Source: a virus
Lineage: Duplodnaviria; Heunggongvirae; Uroviricota; Caudoviricetes
Length of the DNA stretch: 64,000 nt
Reading direction: 5' to 3' (one strand)
Virus record (IMG/VR): IMGVR_UViG_3300022871_000010
In this document: positions 17,901 through 27,599 of the stretch, one piece after another
Position numbering within the stretch: the first letter of the stretch is position 1
How the letters are laid out: every line of letters begins with the position of its first letter
Notes under the pieces: model-generated
Databases searched by the model: none
What the model was told of the DNA's origin: nothing
Seen by the model: only the letters and a program-made list of their open reading frames with translations
Position numbers and translations under genes: made by a program

Positions 17901-19475
17901 ATGAAATGGTATGAATATAATAATATAGAAAGAAAAAAAGAAGTGTATGATAAACATACTACTGCGGACTTCTGGGACTGGTGGTCTGGTGGGGAACCTG
18001 CAGTTATGGAAGTTAGAATTATGAAGGATTATAAAGAAATTAAAAAATTTGCCCAATCAGTTAAATTACCTTTTTCGGCTAGTGGAGTTTATGTTAAGTC
18101 CGCTTATGAATTATCTTTTGTTATTAATAAATTTAAAGACACCCACACTATTTGGTTTGGTGCAAATCCTAAAAGACAAATTATAAGTCCTAGAGGATGG
18201 AAGACTTTTTCCGGGAAAGATATTGGTATAGATAAAATTAAATATTTGTTTATAGATATTGATAGAGTTACAAAAGAAGGTGCTGCATCGACTAAAGATT
18301 TGTTGAGTGCAGATTTTTTGGCTGAAAAGGTATTGGAAGAATTACACAAAAATAAGTTTGCCGAAAAATATTGTAAAATTTGTTCCGCTAACGGATTACA
18401 ATTATTAATAGAACTTGATGAACCAATAGTAATGCCCCCACTAGTATTAAATGATAAAGGAAAATATGAACCATCGCCTATTTTTGAACAGTACAAAAAG
18501 GTAATAAAAAATGGTATAGGTAAAGTGTTATGTAAATTTTCAAAAAAATTCAATGATGAATATAATGTAGAGATTGATTCAACAGGATTTAATATGGGAA
18601 GAGTTATGGCCTTACCTGGAAGCTTTAATTTTAAGCATGGTCTAAAAGTTCCTAGAGGACTTATTGAATTACGTGATGGAAAAAATAAAGGTTTTTCCGA
18701 TTACTTAATGGAGTTATTTAAATCAAAAAAAATTAAAACAAAAGTGCAGGACCAATACAACAATAAATCCGCTGAAGTAATGCTTAAAGAATATAACTTA
18801 GATATAACTAAAGCCAAACAAAACATTATAGTTAATTTAATGATGGATTATGAATTTCCAGACGGAGGAATAAATAATACTTTATGGTATGCACTAAAAA
18901 TATTATTGCACAACCAAGGAATTTGTAGAGACACAGAACACTATAATGAATTGCACAATATATTAAAAATAAAGCACGACAGAGCATTTCCGGATAATGG
19001 TTTAGAAACAGAATACTTAAATAATTATGATGGAACTTTCAAGAAGAACCATATTGATATGGTTCCAACCATAGTAAACAAATATCTTAGGTGCCACAAA
19101 ATAGTTAGGGATTCAGATAAAAAGGAACTATATTTAAAACCAATATTTCCAGTATCCCCTAATGGTAAAAGTAAAGCAAAAATACAAATACCTATAGACC
19201 CTAAATTGTTCAAGTATGATAAGACTGAAGCTTATGAATTAACAGAAGACACTAATGACTTTTTGTTTGATGTAAAAAAGTTAGGTAAAGAATTATTGTA
19301 TAGAGAATTATCAATACAACAAGCATCCACTATAGAAATGATTTTTTCTTCAAACACGGAGAGACAGATTGTTATAAACTTTTTACACAGTTTCAGAAGT
19401 AAGTGGGGGGACCACACAACAATTTATATGATGAAATATTATTTAGATGATTTTATCAATTACAAAAGATGGTGA
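17901..19475 (+). CDS. Archaeo-eukaryotic primase (AEP/PrimPol-like) domain protein. The start is revised to the internal ATG at 17901, which follows the SD ggtga.
   Basis: Motif I YLFIDIDRV (DxD). Motif II SANGLQLLIELDEP (sGnGlHh). Motif III NMGRVMALPGSFNFKHG (R..GS.N.K.G). Confidence 0.55.
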   Translation: MKWYEYNNIERKKEVYDKHTTADFWDWWSGGEPAVMEVRIMKDYKEIKKFAQSVKLPFSASGVYVKSAYELSFVINKFKDTHTIWFGANPKRQIISPRGWKTFSGKDIGIDKIKYLFIDIDRVTKEGAASTKDLLSADFLAEKVLEELHKNKFAEKYCKICSANGLQLLIELDEPIVMPPLVLNDKGKYEPSPIFEQYKKVIKNGIGKVLCKFSKKFNDEYNVEIDSTGFNMGRVMALPGSFNFKHGLKVPRGLIELRDGKNKGFSDYLMELFKSKKIKTKVQDQYNNKSAEVMLKEYNLDITKAKQNIIVNLMMDYEFPDGGINNTLWYALKILLHNQGICRDTEHYNELHNILKIKHDRAFPDNGLETEYLNNYDGTFKKNHIDMVPTIVNKYLRCHKIVRDSDKKELYLKPIFPVSPNGKSKAKIQIPIDPKLFKYDKTEAYELTEDTNDFLFDVKKLGKELLYRELSIQQASTIEMIFSSNTERQIVINFLHSFRSKWGDHTTIYMMKYYLDDFINYKRW

Positions 19476-19479
19476 ACGA

Positions 19480-19962
19480 ATGAGAACAGCAATATTTATT
19501 GATGGGCTAACATTATTTTATATGTTGGATGGTAAAAGAATTAACTTTGTTAATTTCAAGAAGTGGTTATTAGGTGAAGACACTGGAGTATATAATGCTT
19601 ACTTTAATAACATGAAAGAGGTTGATTCAAAAAACAAGTTTTTTTCTCACATAGAAAAATCTGGTTTTACCCTATACATTAATAAAATAGAGTTTGATTC
19701 TAGATTTAACAATAATGAACAAAAAAATATTGATATGAACATAACTATTGAAGCTCTTAAAAGAGTTAATGATTTTGACAAAATAATTATTGTTTCAGGA
19801 AAAAGCAATCTGTTACAATTATGTGAATCTTTAACGCTCCAGGGTAAACAAATACTTATTGTCGCCACACAAAAAAATATTAGTAAATCTTACAATAAAT
19901 ATGAAAAAAAGTATTTATCAGAATACTTTGAAACCCCAGAGGTGCTAATACATGAAATGTGA
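19480..19962 (+). CDS. NYN/LabA-like (PIN-fold) domain protein, a putative nuclease. The start is probably the internal ATG at 19480.
   Basis: N-terminus TAIFIDGLTLFYML. Core IIIVSGKSNLLQLCESLTLQGKQILIVAT (hhhVSGD.D..PL...L...G..V.V). Confidence 0.5.
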   Translation: MRTAIFIDGLTLFYMLDGKRINFVNFKKWLLGEDTGVYNAYFNNMKEVDSKNKFFSHIEKSGFTLYINKIEFDSRFNNNEQKNIDMNITIEALKRVNDFDKIIIVSGKSNLLQLCESLTLQGKQILIVATQKNISKSYNKYEKKYLSEYFETPEVLIHEM

Positions 19963-20431
19963 TACAGTAATACAAATAGTGATTGTACTAAATATAACAT
20001 TTCTTATAGCAGCGTCCGGCATGTATGTGGCTGACAACTATAGCAGTAAATATCCAACACACATAACAATAGTCAATAACGTGACATCAGAAAGAGCGAC
20101 ATTAAATGAGTATTTAGAATATTGTAGTGAAAACCTTAATAACTCTAATGACAAAATACGGTGTATGCAACCACTTATAGAAAAGCATTATAAATATATC
20201 AGTAGAAATGATAGTGATATTATAACACACGAAGAATTATTTGTTGAAGGTGGAGATTGTCAGTTTTGGTCTGAATTATGGGAAGAAATTTTTATTTATA
20301 TGGATATAGATTATGAACGACAATTAATACACGTTGAAGATAATAGATATCATCAGTTCGATATAGCATATTCAAGTTATGGATATTGTCGTGTAGACCA
20401 GATACAAGTTGAATGTTTCGCATATGGATAG
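19952..20431 (+). CDS. Hypothetical membrane-anchored Cys/His protein (159 aa). A transglutaminase-like Cys-His-Asp arrangement is possible but unproven.
   Basis: N-terminal transmembrane helix. Then GGDCQFWSELW...HVED...D. Confidence 0.3.
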   Translation: MKCDTVIQIVIVLNITFLIAASGMYVADNYSSKYPTHITIVNNVTSERATLNEYLEYCSENLNNSNDKIRCMQPLIEKHYKYISRNDSDIITHEELFVEGGDCQFWSELWEEIFIYMDIDYERQLIHVEDNRYHQFDIAYSSYGYCRVDQIQVECFAYG

Positions 20432-20501
20432 GTCTATAAAAAATATATATATAAAGCATTAATGGTTTAGTTTAGGTATTAACATACTACTAGGCCAAAT
20501 A

Positions 20502-23500
20502 ATGTTAGATATAAAAAAATTAATCAAAAATAAAACCAACAGGGTAAACTTTGGTGGTCCTCTTTCTAAAAATTTAAACAAATTTAATCTAAAGGCTTTC
20601 GGTGGAAAGAAAGATTTAGATTTTGATGGAATACTTAACAAGTTTGATTGTAAACCAAAAAACACTATGAGACAAGATTATATTCCTTTCAAGCTGGCTA
20701 GTGCTTCTAAACTACCCCAAGTGCCTAGACATAAACAACATTTTCAAACAAGGTTTGAAAAGAACAAGGCACCTAAAAGAAAAATTTCTAAAACAAAATA
20801 TACACCCCCTGTTTCATTAATTAAAGAATTTTCTATGAATCCAACAGTTAAACGTGGGTCTTTAAATATTGGGCGTTGTGGGGATGCAGCTTCATGCATT
20901 GTTACAGACGCAGTAAATAGTGGAGTTCCAATGTCGGACATTGAAGTGTTTGGTGTAAGAGCACCTAATCTTAATAAAGGCGAAGATATTTATTCTAATC
21001 ATATGATAACTAAAGTTCAAGATAAATATTATGACCCAACCAAAACACAGTTCGGATATAAAGATAATGAACTAATAACTGATTCTATAGATTCAAGATA
21101 TAATACTCCAGTAATACAACCGACAAGTGCATATGTTAAAAAAGGGGCTTCATTAAAAAAACAAGATGAATGGGCTTATATGACAGGAGCACAAAAAGAT
21201 ATAGAACGGGCTGTATATATAGATACTGATGGGGATAGAGTCCCGGATGATTATGATTGTCAAATTAATAATACCATGCGCCAAGATTTCACACCATTCA
21301 AATGGGATGTAAATAAAGCTTCAAAACTTTCTGCAGCTAAAAGATTTGGTGGAAAGAACTTGGCAAAATTACAAAAGATAGGTTCCGGTAGAGATAGAAA
21401 TGTTTATGCTATAGATAAAGATAAAGTATTAAAGGTTGCTAAAAATCCTGGTGGGCTAACTCAAAATACTTCTGAATCAGATTTAGATTGGTTAACAGGC
21501 CAAATCAAACATTATGAAACTGGATTGGATTATGTAGTTATGGAACGAGCACAACCTCCAGGTAAAGCTACGGCTAAAATGATGAGACATTTGAAGAAAG
21601 CAAGAAGCGATACTAATATGATGCAGTCAGTTCATTCACAAAGAGCAGACTTTTTTAATTCTCCACACTTCGAAAAATCAGGTTTAGACGCTTCAGATTT
21701 TTCAAGCCATGATGTAAACCCAATGGAATTTACGGCAAGAAAACAGTGGGGAGAAAAAGATGGTCAGCCAGTACTTGTTGATGGAGGAGCATTAATGGGT
21801 GGTGATGATTTATCAAATCATAGAATTAAAGATTTTAAACAAAACGCTTGGCAACTTAATGAATGGCAAGATACTCAAAATCAACGTAAAGAATTTAAAC
21901 ATAAAGGTAATGTAAAAACCCACTATCCTAAAAGTAATCCAGTAGAAAACTTATCAAACTTCCCATTAAACAATGGTGCTTCTTTAGCTAAACAAAATGA
22001 ATGGAAAGAAATGTCTGGGGAACAAAGAGATGCTCAAAGACAAACCAGCCATGACACAGATGGAGATAGAGTCCCGGATGAATATGATTGTCAACCAGAA
22101 AATACAATGCATCAAGATACTAATATATATTTAAGTAAACGTAAAGATAAGACTAAACATTCTATGTATACATATAGTCCTACAAAAAATCAGATAAAAA
22201 AAAATACTAAAAACATATTTATTGGGTCAGAATATAAGAATGTTGATTTTAACAAACAACAAAATATAAATCAGTTGTCAGCAATATTAGGGCATGAAGA
22301 ACAACACAGTATTTTGGATGTAGAACATAATAGTGATACTTCCGCAAAGTTAGATAATATAGCCATTAAAACACTTTTTGTTGATTATGACGATGAAACA
22401 TTATTGTTAAACACATCTGTGCAACCAAAAGAAATTGTTGGTTATGCAAATAAAAATAAACATTGCGATGATTCAAAAAATGCTTTTAAATTTATCTTTA
22501 ATAAAGGTGCGTCATTACAAAAACAAAACGAGTGGAAAGAAATGTCTGGAGAACAACGAAACATTGTTAGACAATTCAAAGAAGACATAGACGGGGATAG
22601 AGTCCCGGATGATTATGATTGTCAACCAGAAAATACAATGCATCAAGATTTCAGTATATCCCCAGACCAGTATGATTTTGATAAAAAAGAATTTAAGTTT
22701 GATAATAAACGAAAAGTAGTTATGATGCCGGTTGAAGAATTATATCATAAACGTGGTAAATATAATTTAGGTGGAACAACCACGATGCAGGATGATTATA
22801 CCAAACGTAAAACGGTGGGCAAGAATATCACAAAAGCCGCCGGGAGACCTGCAACATATGATGAAGTAACAAAACATATGATTAAAAATCGTAATGAAGA
22901 TTTAAAACAACAAGGATATAAACCTTCACCACACAAATTAAATAAAGATGATAGTGTAACAATTAAGTATCGAAGGTCTCCACAAAAATATAAGTATGAC
23001 ATGGGAATAATAATGAGCCCAACAAATACTGATTCTGAACGGAGTGGAAGTCTTGGGGATTTAAAAATAGCCCAAGGAGCAAGTCGTAAAGAAGCAGGAC
23101 AGGCAGAAGTAATGTTTCACGCTAACAGTATGAGAGATGCAGTGATGAAAGATTCTGCAGAAGTCCCAATGATAACAGTTCATGGTTCAGATTTTAACCC
23201 AGGAGCAACTATAGGGGAAGGGAGACATAGAATCATTGCCGCTAAAGCCGCAGGATTAACAGAGGTCCCAGTGTTTATTGAACCAAATAATAGATTACCT
23301 GAAGGGGCTTTAGATAAGTATAGAGAATTATCTACTGATGAAATACAACAATTTTCTTCAGACCATAGAGTTCCAGGAAAAACCGTTAACACTAATAAAC
23401 CTAAAAACATAGAATATAAAGAATATGATAAGAGTTCTAAATTTAAACCAACTAAAGATTTTGATGTAGGCTATGATGAGTATGTAGATAAACGAACCCC

Positions 23501-23570
23501 TGAAGAAAAAGAAGAAGAAGACGAACTTAGATTAGCAAATTTAACCTATGAAATTTTAGGACACTATTAA
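20502..23570 (+). CDS. Giant multidomain protein (1022 aa). It carries at least four thrombospondin-type-3-like Ca-binding repeats, a eukaryotic-like protein-kinase-like domain, and a C-terminal ParB/Srx-like nuclease domain.
   Basis: Four copies of DTDGDRVPDDYDCQPENTM(H/R)QD. Kinase-like G-loop IGSGRDRNVYAI, VLKVAK lysine, YVVMER hinge, catalytic loop SSHDVNPMEF, VDGGALMG in place of DFG. ParB-like HGSDFNPGATIGEGRHRIIAAKAAGLTEVPVFIEP. Confidence 0.55.
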   Translation: MLDIKKLIKNKTNRVNFGGPLSKNLNKFNLKAFGGKKDLDFDGILNKFDCKPKNTMRQDYIPFKLASASKLPQVPRHKQHFQTRFEKNKAPKRKISKTKYTPPVSLIKEFSMNPTVKRGSLNIGRCGDAASCIVTDAVNSGVPMSDIEVFGVRAPNLNKGEDIYSNHMITKVQDKYYDPTKTQFGYKDNELITDSIDSRYNTPVIQPTSAYVKKGASLKKQDEWAYMTGAQKDIERAVYIDTDGDRVPDDYDCQINNTMRQDFTPFKWDVNKASKLSAAKRFGGKNLAKLQKIGSGRDRNVYAIDKDKVLKVAKNPGGLTQNTSESDLDWLTGQIKHYETGLDYVVMERAQPPGKATAKMMRHLKKARSDTNMMQSVHSQRADFFNSPHFEKSGLDASDFSSHDVNPMEFTARKQWGEKDGQPVLVDGGALMGGDDLSNHRIKDFKQNAWQLNEWQDTQNQRKEFKHKGNVKTHYPKSNPVENLSNFPLNNGASLAKQNEWKEMSGEQRDAQRQTSHDTDGDRVPDEYDCQPENTMHQDTNIYLSKRKDKTKHSMYTYSPTKNQIKKNTKNIFIGSEYKNVDFNKQQNINQLSAILGHEEQHSILDVEHNSDTSAKLDNIAIKTLFVDYDDETLLLNTSVQPKEIVGYANKNKHCDDSKNAFKFIFNKGASLQKQNEWKEMSGEQRNIVRQFKEDIDGDRVPDDYDCQPENTMHQDFSISPDQYDFDKKEFKFDNKRKVVMMPVEELYHKRGKYNLGGTTTMQDDYTKRKTVGKNITKAAGRPATYDEVTKHMIKNRNEDLKQQGYKPSPHKLNKDDSVTIKYRRSPQKYKYDMGIIMSPTNTDSERSGSLGDLKIAQGASRKEAGQAEVMFHANSMRDAVMKDSAEVPMITVHGSDFNPGATIGEGRHRIIAAKAAGLTEVPVFIEPNNRLPEGALDKYRELSTDEIQQFSSDHRVPGKTVNTNKPKNIEYKEYDKSSKFKPTKDFDVGYDEYVDKRTPEEKEEEDELRLANLTYEILGHY

Positions 23571-23586
23571 TTAATGAGGAATAAAA

Positions 23587-24456
23587 ATGTTTGATATAAA
23601 TAAAATGTTAGGAAAAAAGAAAAATAAGATGCCATCTTTTGGTAGTATGAATATGTCTAATACTTTTGGAAAGAATCCTTTATCAAAAATGATTGGCGGA
23701 ATAACTAAGAATCCATTAAAAACTTTTGGGGCTTCACCTAAACTACAGAATCAATGGAAAAATTTCTCGGTTAAAACCAAAAATAATTTGCGAAAACAAT
23801 TCAAAGATACTGATGGTGATAGAATTCCAAACAAATGGGATTGCCAACCTAAAAACCCTATGAGACAAGATACTGTATATCATGGCACCACTCCTTTAGC
23901 CGCTATGAGAATTAAAAAAACTGGTATATTAACCAGTAACGAATTAAAAAATAAAGGTAATCCTGAATTTGTTCAGAGTGATAAAACTCGTCCTGATAAA
24001 ACTTATTTTTTTAAAGATAAAGCAAGAGCTGAAAGTTGGGCGAATGTGGTTACGGCAGGGTCTATGTTTCCAGACGCAAATCCTACAGTGGTGGTTGCAG
24101 ATGTTCCAGGGGATGAATTATTTCCAGATGGAGAAATGGAAACCGGTGGAGCGTTTTATAAAGAAGGTTCTGTTCCAGCTTCACAAATAAAAAAATCTTA
24201 TGAAATTAAACCAAAATATTCAGCAAAAGATATTGCGGCAGCGGATGCGATAATGAATCCTAAACAAACCCAAACATTAGCAGTTTCTTCTGATGGAAGA
24301 AAACAAAAAACTATGAATGGAAGTTTAATGAAAAAAGTTATAAAAGACTCTAATGGGAATATGATAATAAATGAAAAAACTGGAAGCCCATTAACTACTC
24401 CAATATTTGAAGGAGACCCTTACACTGTTAATAAATATGGAAGAAAAATATATTAG
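23587..24456 (+). CDS. Protein with one TSP3-like repeat plus a possible H-Y-E ADP-ribosyltransferase-like (PARP/Tpt1-like) core (289 aa).
   Basis: KDTDGDRIPNKWDCQPKNPMRQD. Then VYHGTTPLAAMRIKKTGIL, TYFFKDKARAESWA and GEMETG / AFYKEG, which resemble the HG(S/T)...Y(F)...E triad. Confidence 0.3.
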   Translation: MFDINKMLGKKKNKMPSFGSMNMSNTFGKNPLSKMIGGITKNPLKTFGASPKLQNQWKNFSVKTKNNLRKQFKDTDGDRIPNKWDCQPKNPMRQDTVYHGTTPLAAMRIKKTGILTSNELKNKGNPEFVQSDKTRPDKTYFFKDKARAESWANVVTAGSMFPDANPTVVVADVPGDELFPDGEMETGGAFYKEGSVPASQIKKSYEIKPKYSAKDIAAADAIMNPKQTQTLAVSSDGRKQKTMNGSLMKKVIKDSNGNMIINEKTGSPLTTPIFEGDPYTVNKYGRKIY

Positions 24457-24465
24457 AGGATAACA

Positions 24466-24921
24466 ATGAGTGATTGGCGTGGACATTTAAAGTTTGGATA
24501 TTCTATTCAGTTACCAGTATTTATTATTTTATTTCTAACAGCATATTTTGTCGATAATCCTTATTTAGTTTTTTCTTTAGCAGAAGTTGTTGCAGGAATA
24601 ACACTATTTATTATAGCGCCATTGATTCCTGACTTGGACCATCGTAGTTCTAAAATAACTAATACCAGTACAGTACTATTATTATTAACTGTATGGGTTT
24701 CTATATATTTTGAGAGTGTAATGTTTATGTATTCTTTAGTAGCTTTAACTCTTGTGGTTCTTATTTCTACATTTACTAAACATCGAGGAATAACTCATCG
24801 TGTTTGGTTATATTTTCTTTTAGGGTTAATATTGTTTTTAACTACAGGATTAGTTGTGGCTGCAGTAATATTAATTGTGGGTGCCTGGTCCCACATTTGG
24901 TTAGACAATAGACATCATTAA
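24466..24921 (+). CDS. Integral membrane protein with His-rich motifs (151 aa). A DUF457/YdjM-like membrane hydrolase is possible.
   Basis: Four hydrophobic helices. Motifs PDLDHRSSK, KHRGITHR and SHIWLDNRHH. Confidence 0.35.
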   Translation: MSDWRGHLKFGYSIQLPVFIILFLTAYFVDNPYLVFSLAEVVAGITLFIIAPLIPDLDHRSSKITNTSTVLLLLTVWVSIYFESVMFMYSLVALTLVVLISTFTKHRGITHRVWLYFLLGLILFLTTGLVVAAVILIVGAWSHIWLDNRHH

Positions 24922-25541
24922 AAATAAACAAATTTTAATATTGTCACAACAGTTGTTAGTATTAGTAATATTATTGCAATCATCCAAAGCCAAGTATATG
25001 AATTATTTGTGTCTACTATTATTGGAGTAACCACTTTATCTACAGGAGCAGGCGTGGGGATGTTATCATTAATGCCTTCGTGTTCACTTTCATTTAATAC
25101 AACTGGAACGGTTTCTAGTTCAGGAATTATTACAAGCATTGGTTCAGTAGCGTTTATAGAATTATTAAAGTTAACTACTGGTTGTTGATAATAAGACCTA
25201 CTTCGGCTTCCACTGCTTCCACCACTGCTTGTTGCAGTTATTGTTTCACCTTTGTAAAAAGAAGTCATTACCATAGTGTAATTATTTTGTGTTAATAAAT
25301 CAGTTTTTAGTGTCAGATTGTAATTATTGTAACAGTCACAAAACCAAGAATTATTAAATATTTCTGTGCATCCTTCAAAAGAATATTCTCCAGCATCAAT
25401 AGTGTAAAGCCCAGTTACTGTAACTTTTAAAGTTTCACACTTATCAAAAGTATGTATTGTTTCAGTGCTTCCAGCAGTTACGGCTCCAACAATATTTATT
25501 GTTAGTAGAATCATTAGTATCATTAAAATAGTTTTTTTCAT
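24918..25541 (-). CDS. Secreted, C-terminally anchored Cys-motif protein (207 aa). Paralog of 46388..46894.
   Basis: Signal peptide, C-x7-W-x-C-x-C motif (GCTEIFNNSWFCDC), Ser/Gly linker, and a C-terminal transmembrane helix. Confidence 0.55.
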   Translation of the reverse strand: MKKTILMILMILLTINIVGAVTAGSTETIHTFDKCETLKVTVTGLYTIDAGEYSFEGCTEIFNNSWFCDCYNNYNLTLKTDLLTQNNYTMVMTSFYKGETITATSSGGSSGSRSRSYYQQPVVNFNNSINATEPMLVIIPELETVPVVLNESEHEGINDNIPTPAPVDKVVTPIIVDTNNSYTWLWMIAIILLILTTVVTILKFVYF

Positions 25542-25606
25542 TTCGTATACCTCATATTATAGTTTAATCAAAAAAAAATAAAAAAAAATAATAATTAAGT
25601 GTTAAC

Positions 25607-26254
25607 TTAATTATTTAAAACTGCGCTAACTACATAAGTAGATGGTGCTACATTACCAAAGGACATAGTTACTGGATATTTATTAACATCTCCAGGAGCT
25701 AAAGAATTGATTGGTACTGCAAAATCTATTGTGCCATCAACATTTTCTGTACATAACCCTATACCAGTTAGTTCTTGAACTACATGATAATATGCTGAAG
25801 TTGAAGAAACACCTACATCAATAAAAGTTAGGCTAGTTAAATCTGCACAAGTTACATCATTAAGGTCGTTGGATAGACTCACTAATAATATTTTATTAGT
25901 AATGTCTTCATCAATAGTATCAGATACTTCTACACTTAGTCCTAAGTCTAAAGTACTTAATCCAGTTATTGCACCAGCAGTTAATGTTGGGCTCCAAGTT
26001 ACGGAACCATCTCTGGTATTTACAATTGCTGAAGTTACTGTTTCTCCATGGTCTACTTCTGCGAAACCTATAACAATAGGACTTTCTACATCAACAGACA
26101 TGGTTGCTGTGTTTGATAAGTAACCAACTATAACGGCACTTACCCCTCCAATAATCATTAAACCCATTAATAAGGCAACTATTGGTATTCCAAAAATTTT
26201 TTTAGTATTCATATTAAAGATATATTTATTTAGGTGACTTATAAATGTTTTCAT
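25607..26254 (-). CDS. Secreted or membrane-anchored Thr/Val/Ser-rich protein (215 aa).
   Basis: N-terminal transmembrane/signal segment FGIPIVALLMGLMIIGGVSAVIVG followed by beta-rich low-charge sequence. Confidence 0.5.
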   Translation of the reverse strand: MKTFISHLNKYIFNMNTKKIFGIPIVALLMGLMIIGGVSAVIVGYLSNTATMSVDVESPIVIGFAEVDHGETVTSAIVNTRDGSVTWSPTLTAGAITGLSTLDLGLSVEVSDTIDEDITNKILLVSLSNDLNDVTCADLTSLTFIDVGVSSTSAYYHVVQELTGIGLCTENVDGTIDFAVPINSLAPGDVNKYPVTMSFGNVAPSTYVVSAVLNN

Positions 26255-26327
26255 TTTATATACATTATATATTTTTTAACGTTATAATTCGGAACATTTA
26301 AATACTAGTTAAGGTTTTTACTTTACT

Positions 26328-26969
26328 ATGCTTAATAAAGTATTGAGCACTAAACGAAAAGGTATATACACCATGACAGAAAACGAATTTGATAAATTAT
26401 ACAAACAGGATGACTCCGCGGAGACATCAAACAACACAGCTAATTCTGAAGTAAAAGAAGAAATTGTAGTAAGTGGAGACGCTGGTTTAGAGTACGATTT
26501 TAACAAAGCTTCAAAAACTACTAAAGGTCCAGAACGAGAAAACTTGGATGGTAAAACTGTAACTATTACAGATATGAAAATAATTTTACCAAAACCTGAA
26601 AAACCTTGGGACTTATCTAGAGATAAAAAAACTAAATACAAAAGTTGTGTGTTTATATTATTTTATGATAATGAAGGACAGAGAGAATATTATTCTGGAG
26701 TAAAAGTTTTTGAAAGAGAAGTTAATGGAGTATTCTCATATTCAGACCCTAACATTCAAAATAGTGGAAAAACACAAATCACTGGTTTGAAAACACTTTA
26801 TGCTGCATACAAAAATAAAAAGCCTGAAGAAGTTAGCATGTTCGAATTTTTATCGTTCCTTAAAAGTCAACCAAAAGTTGAACTTAAATGGACACCTATA
26901 GAATGGAACAACTCTGAAACTGGTAAAGACGAAATTTCACATAAGAATTTTGTTGCTAAGTTTATTTAA
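26328..26969 (+). CDS. Hypothetical protein (213 aa). The start may be the internal ATG at 26373.
   Basis: ORF only. Confidence 0.5.
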   Translation: MLNKVLSTKRKGIYTMTENEFDKLYKQDDSAETSNNTANSEVKEEIVVSGDAGLEYDFNKASKTTKGPERENLDGKTVTITDMKIILPKPEKPWDLSRDKKTKYKSCVFILFYDNEGQREYYSGVKVFEREVNGVFSYSDPNIQNSGKTQITGLKTLYAAYKNKKPEEVSMFEFLSFLKSQPKVELKWTPIEWNNSETGKDEISHKNFVAKFI

Positions 26970-27149
26970 ATATTTTTTTTATTTTTTTAATAATTATTAT
27001 CAAGCATTATTACACAGGGCTATTTGATATATTCAATTGATTTTTTCGTTGTGTAATAATATTAATATTTACGTGCGGTTGGTTGGAGTTATTCAGCAGA
27101 ACTATGGTTTTTGTATATGAATAAAAAGACCCATACATCCGCATTACTA

Positions 27150-27222
27150 GGGCTCGTAGCATAACGGCTAATGCAGTCGCCTTGCAAGCGAAAGACTTTG
27201 GGTTCAAATCCCAACGGGTCCA
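27150..27222 (+). tRNA. tRNA-Ala (anticodon TGC).
   Basis: Cloverleaf read by hand: acceptor GGGCTCG/CGGGTCC with the G3:U70 Ala identity pair, D-arm GCAT/ATGC, anticodon loop CTTGCAA, T-arm TTGGG-TTCAAAT-CCCAA. No encoded CCA. Confidence 0.8.
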
Positions 27223-27509
27223 TTCATACCAGAAACAAAGACAGAACAATATAGCTAACATACGATGTTGTAAGGAAAACCAGGTACTCTGGCAACCTAT
27301 ATCTGTAGTCGCAACAGACTATCCTGCCAGGGGTAAATGAAATACAAGTAACGATGAGATTAGTAAATAATGAAAACTTTAAATGAACCTTTTTGGAATG
27401 TTTAATGTTGAGTAATTGTTTAAAATTGTTTGAGTCACTCAACTGGTTTCAAGGTTTATTGCTCTTTGCTGGATAAAGGTAGTTTCCGCCTAAAAGGGAA
27501 CATTCAATT

Positions 27510-27598
27510 TGGGGCATAGCTCAGTATGGTAGAGCAGGTTAATGGGATAATTTAATTATTCAATCTATCAGTCGGGGGTTCGAATCCCTCTGCCCTTA
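27510..27598 (+). tRNA. tRNA-like gene with about 14-20 extra nucleotides in the anticodon arm (possible archaeal intron) and a mismatched 1:72 pair. The anticodon could not be assigned.
   Basis: Acceptor and D-arm (T)GGGGCA-TA-GCTC-AGTATGGTA-GAGC. T-arm GGGGG-TTCGAAT-CCCTC. 3' acceptor TGCCCTT-A. The middle region AGGTT...AATCT can pair around a 21-nt insert. Confidence 0.5.
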
Positions 27599-27599
27599 T

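Noticed and set aside
27010-27442. Minus-strand ORFs 27010..27261 and 27224..27442.
   Set aside because: They overlap the tRNA-Ala gene and the GC-rich structured-RNA segment, and they are on the opposite strand to the surrounding transcription.
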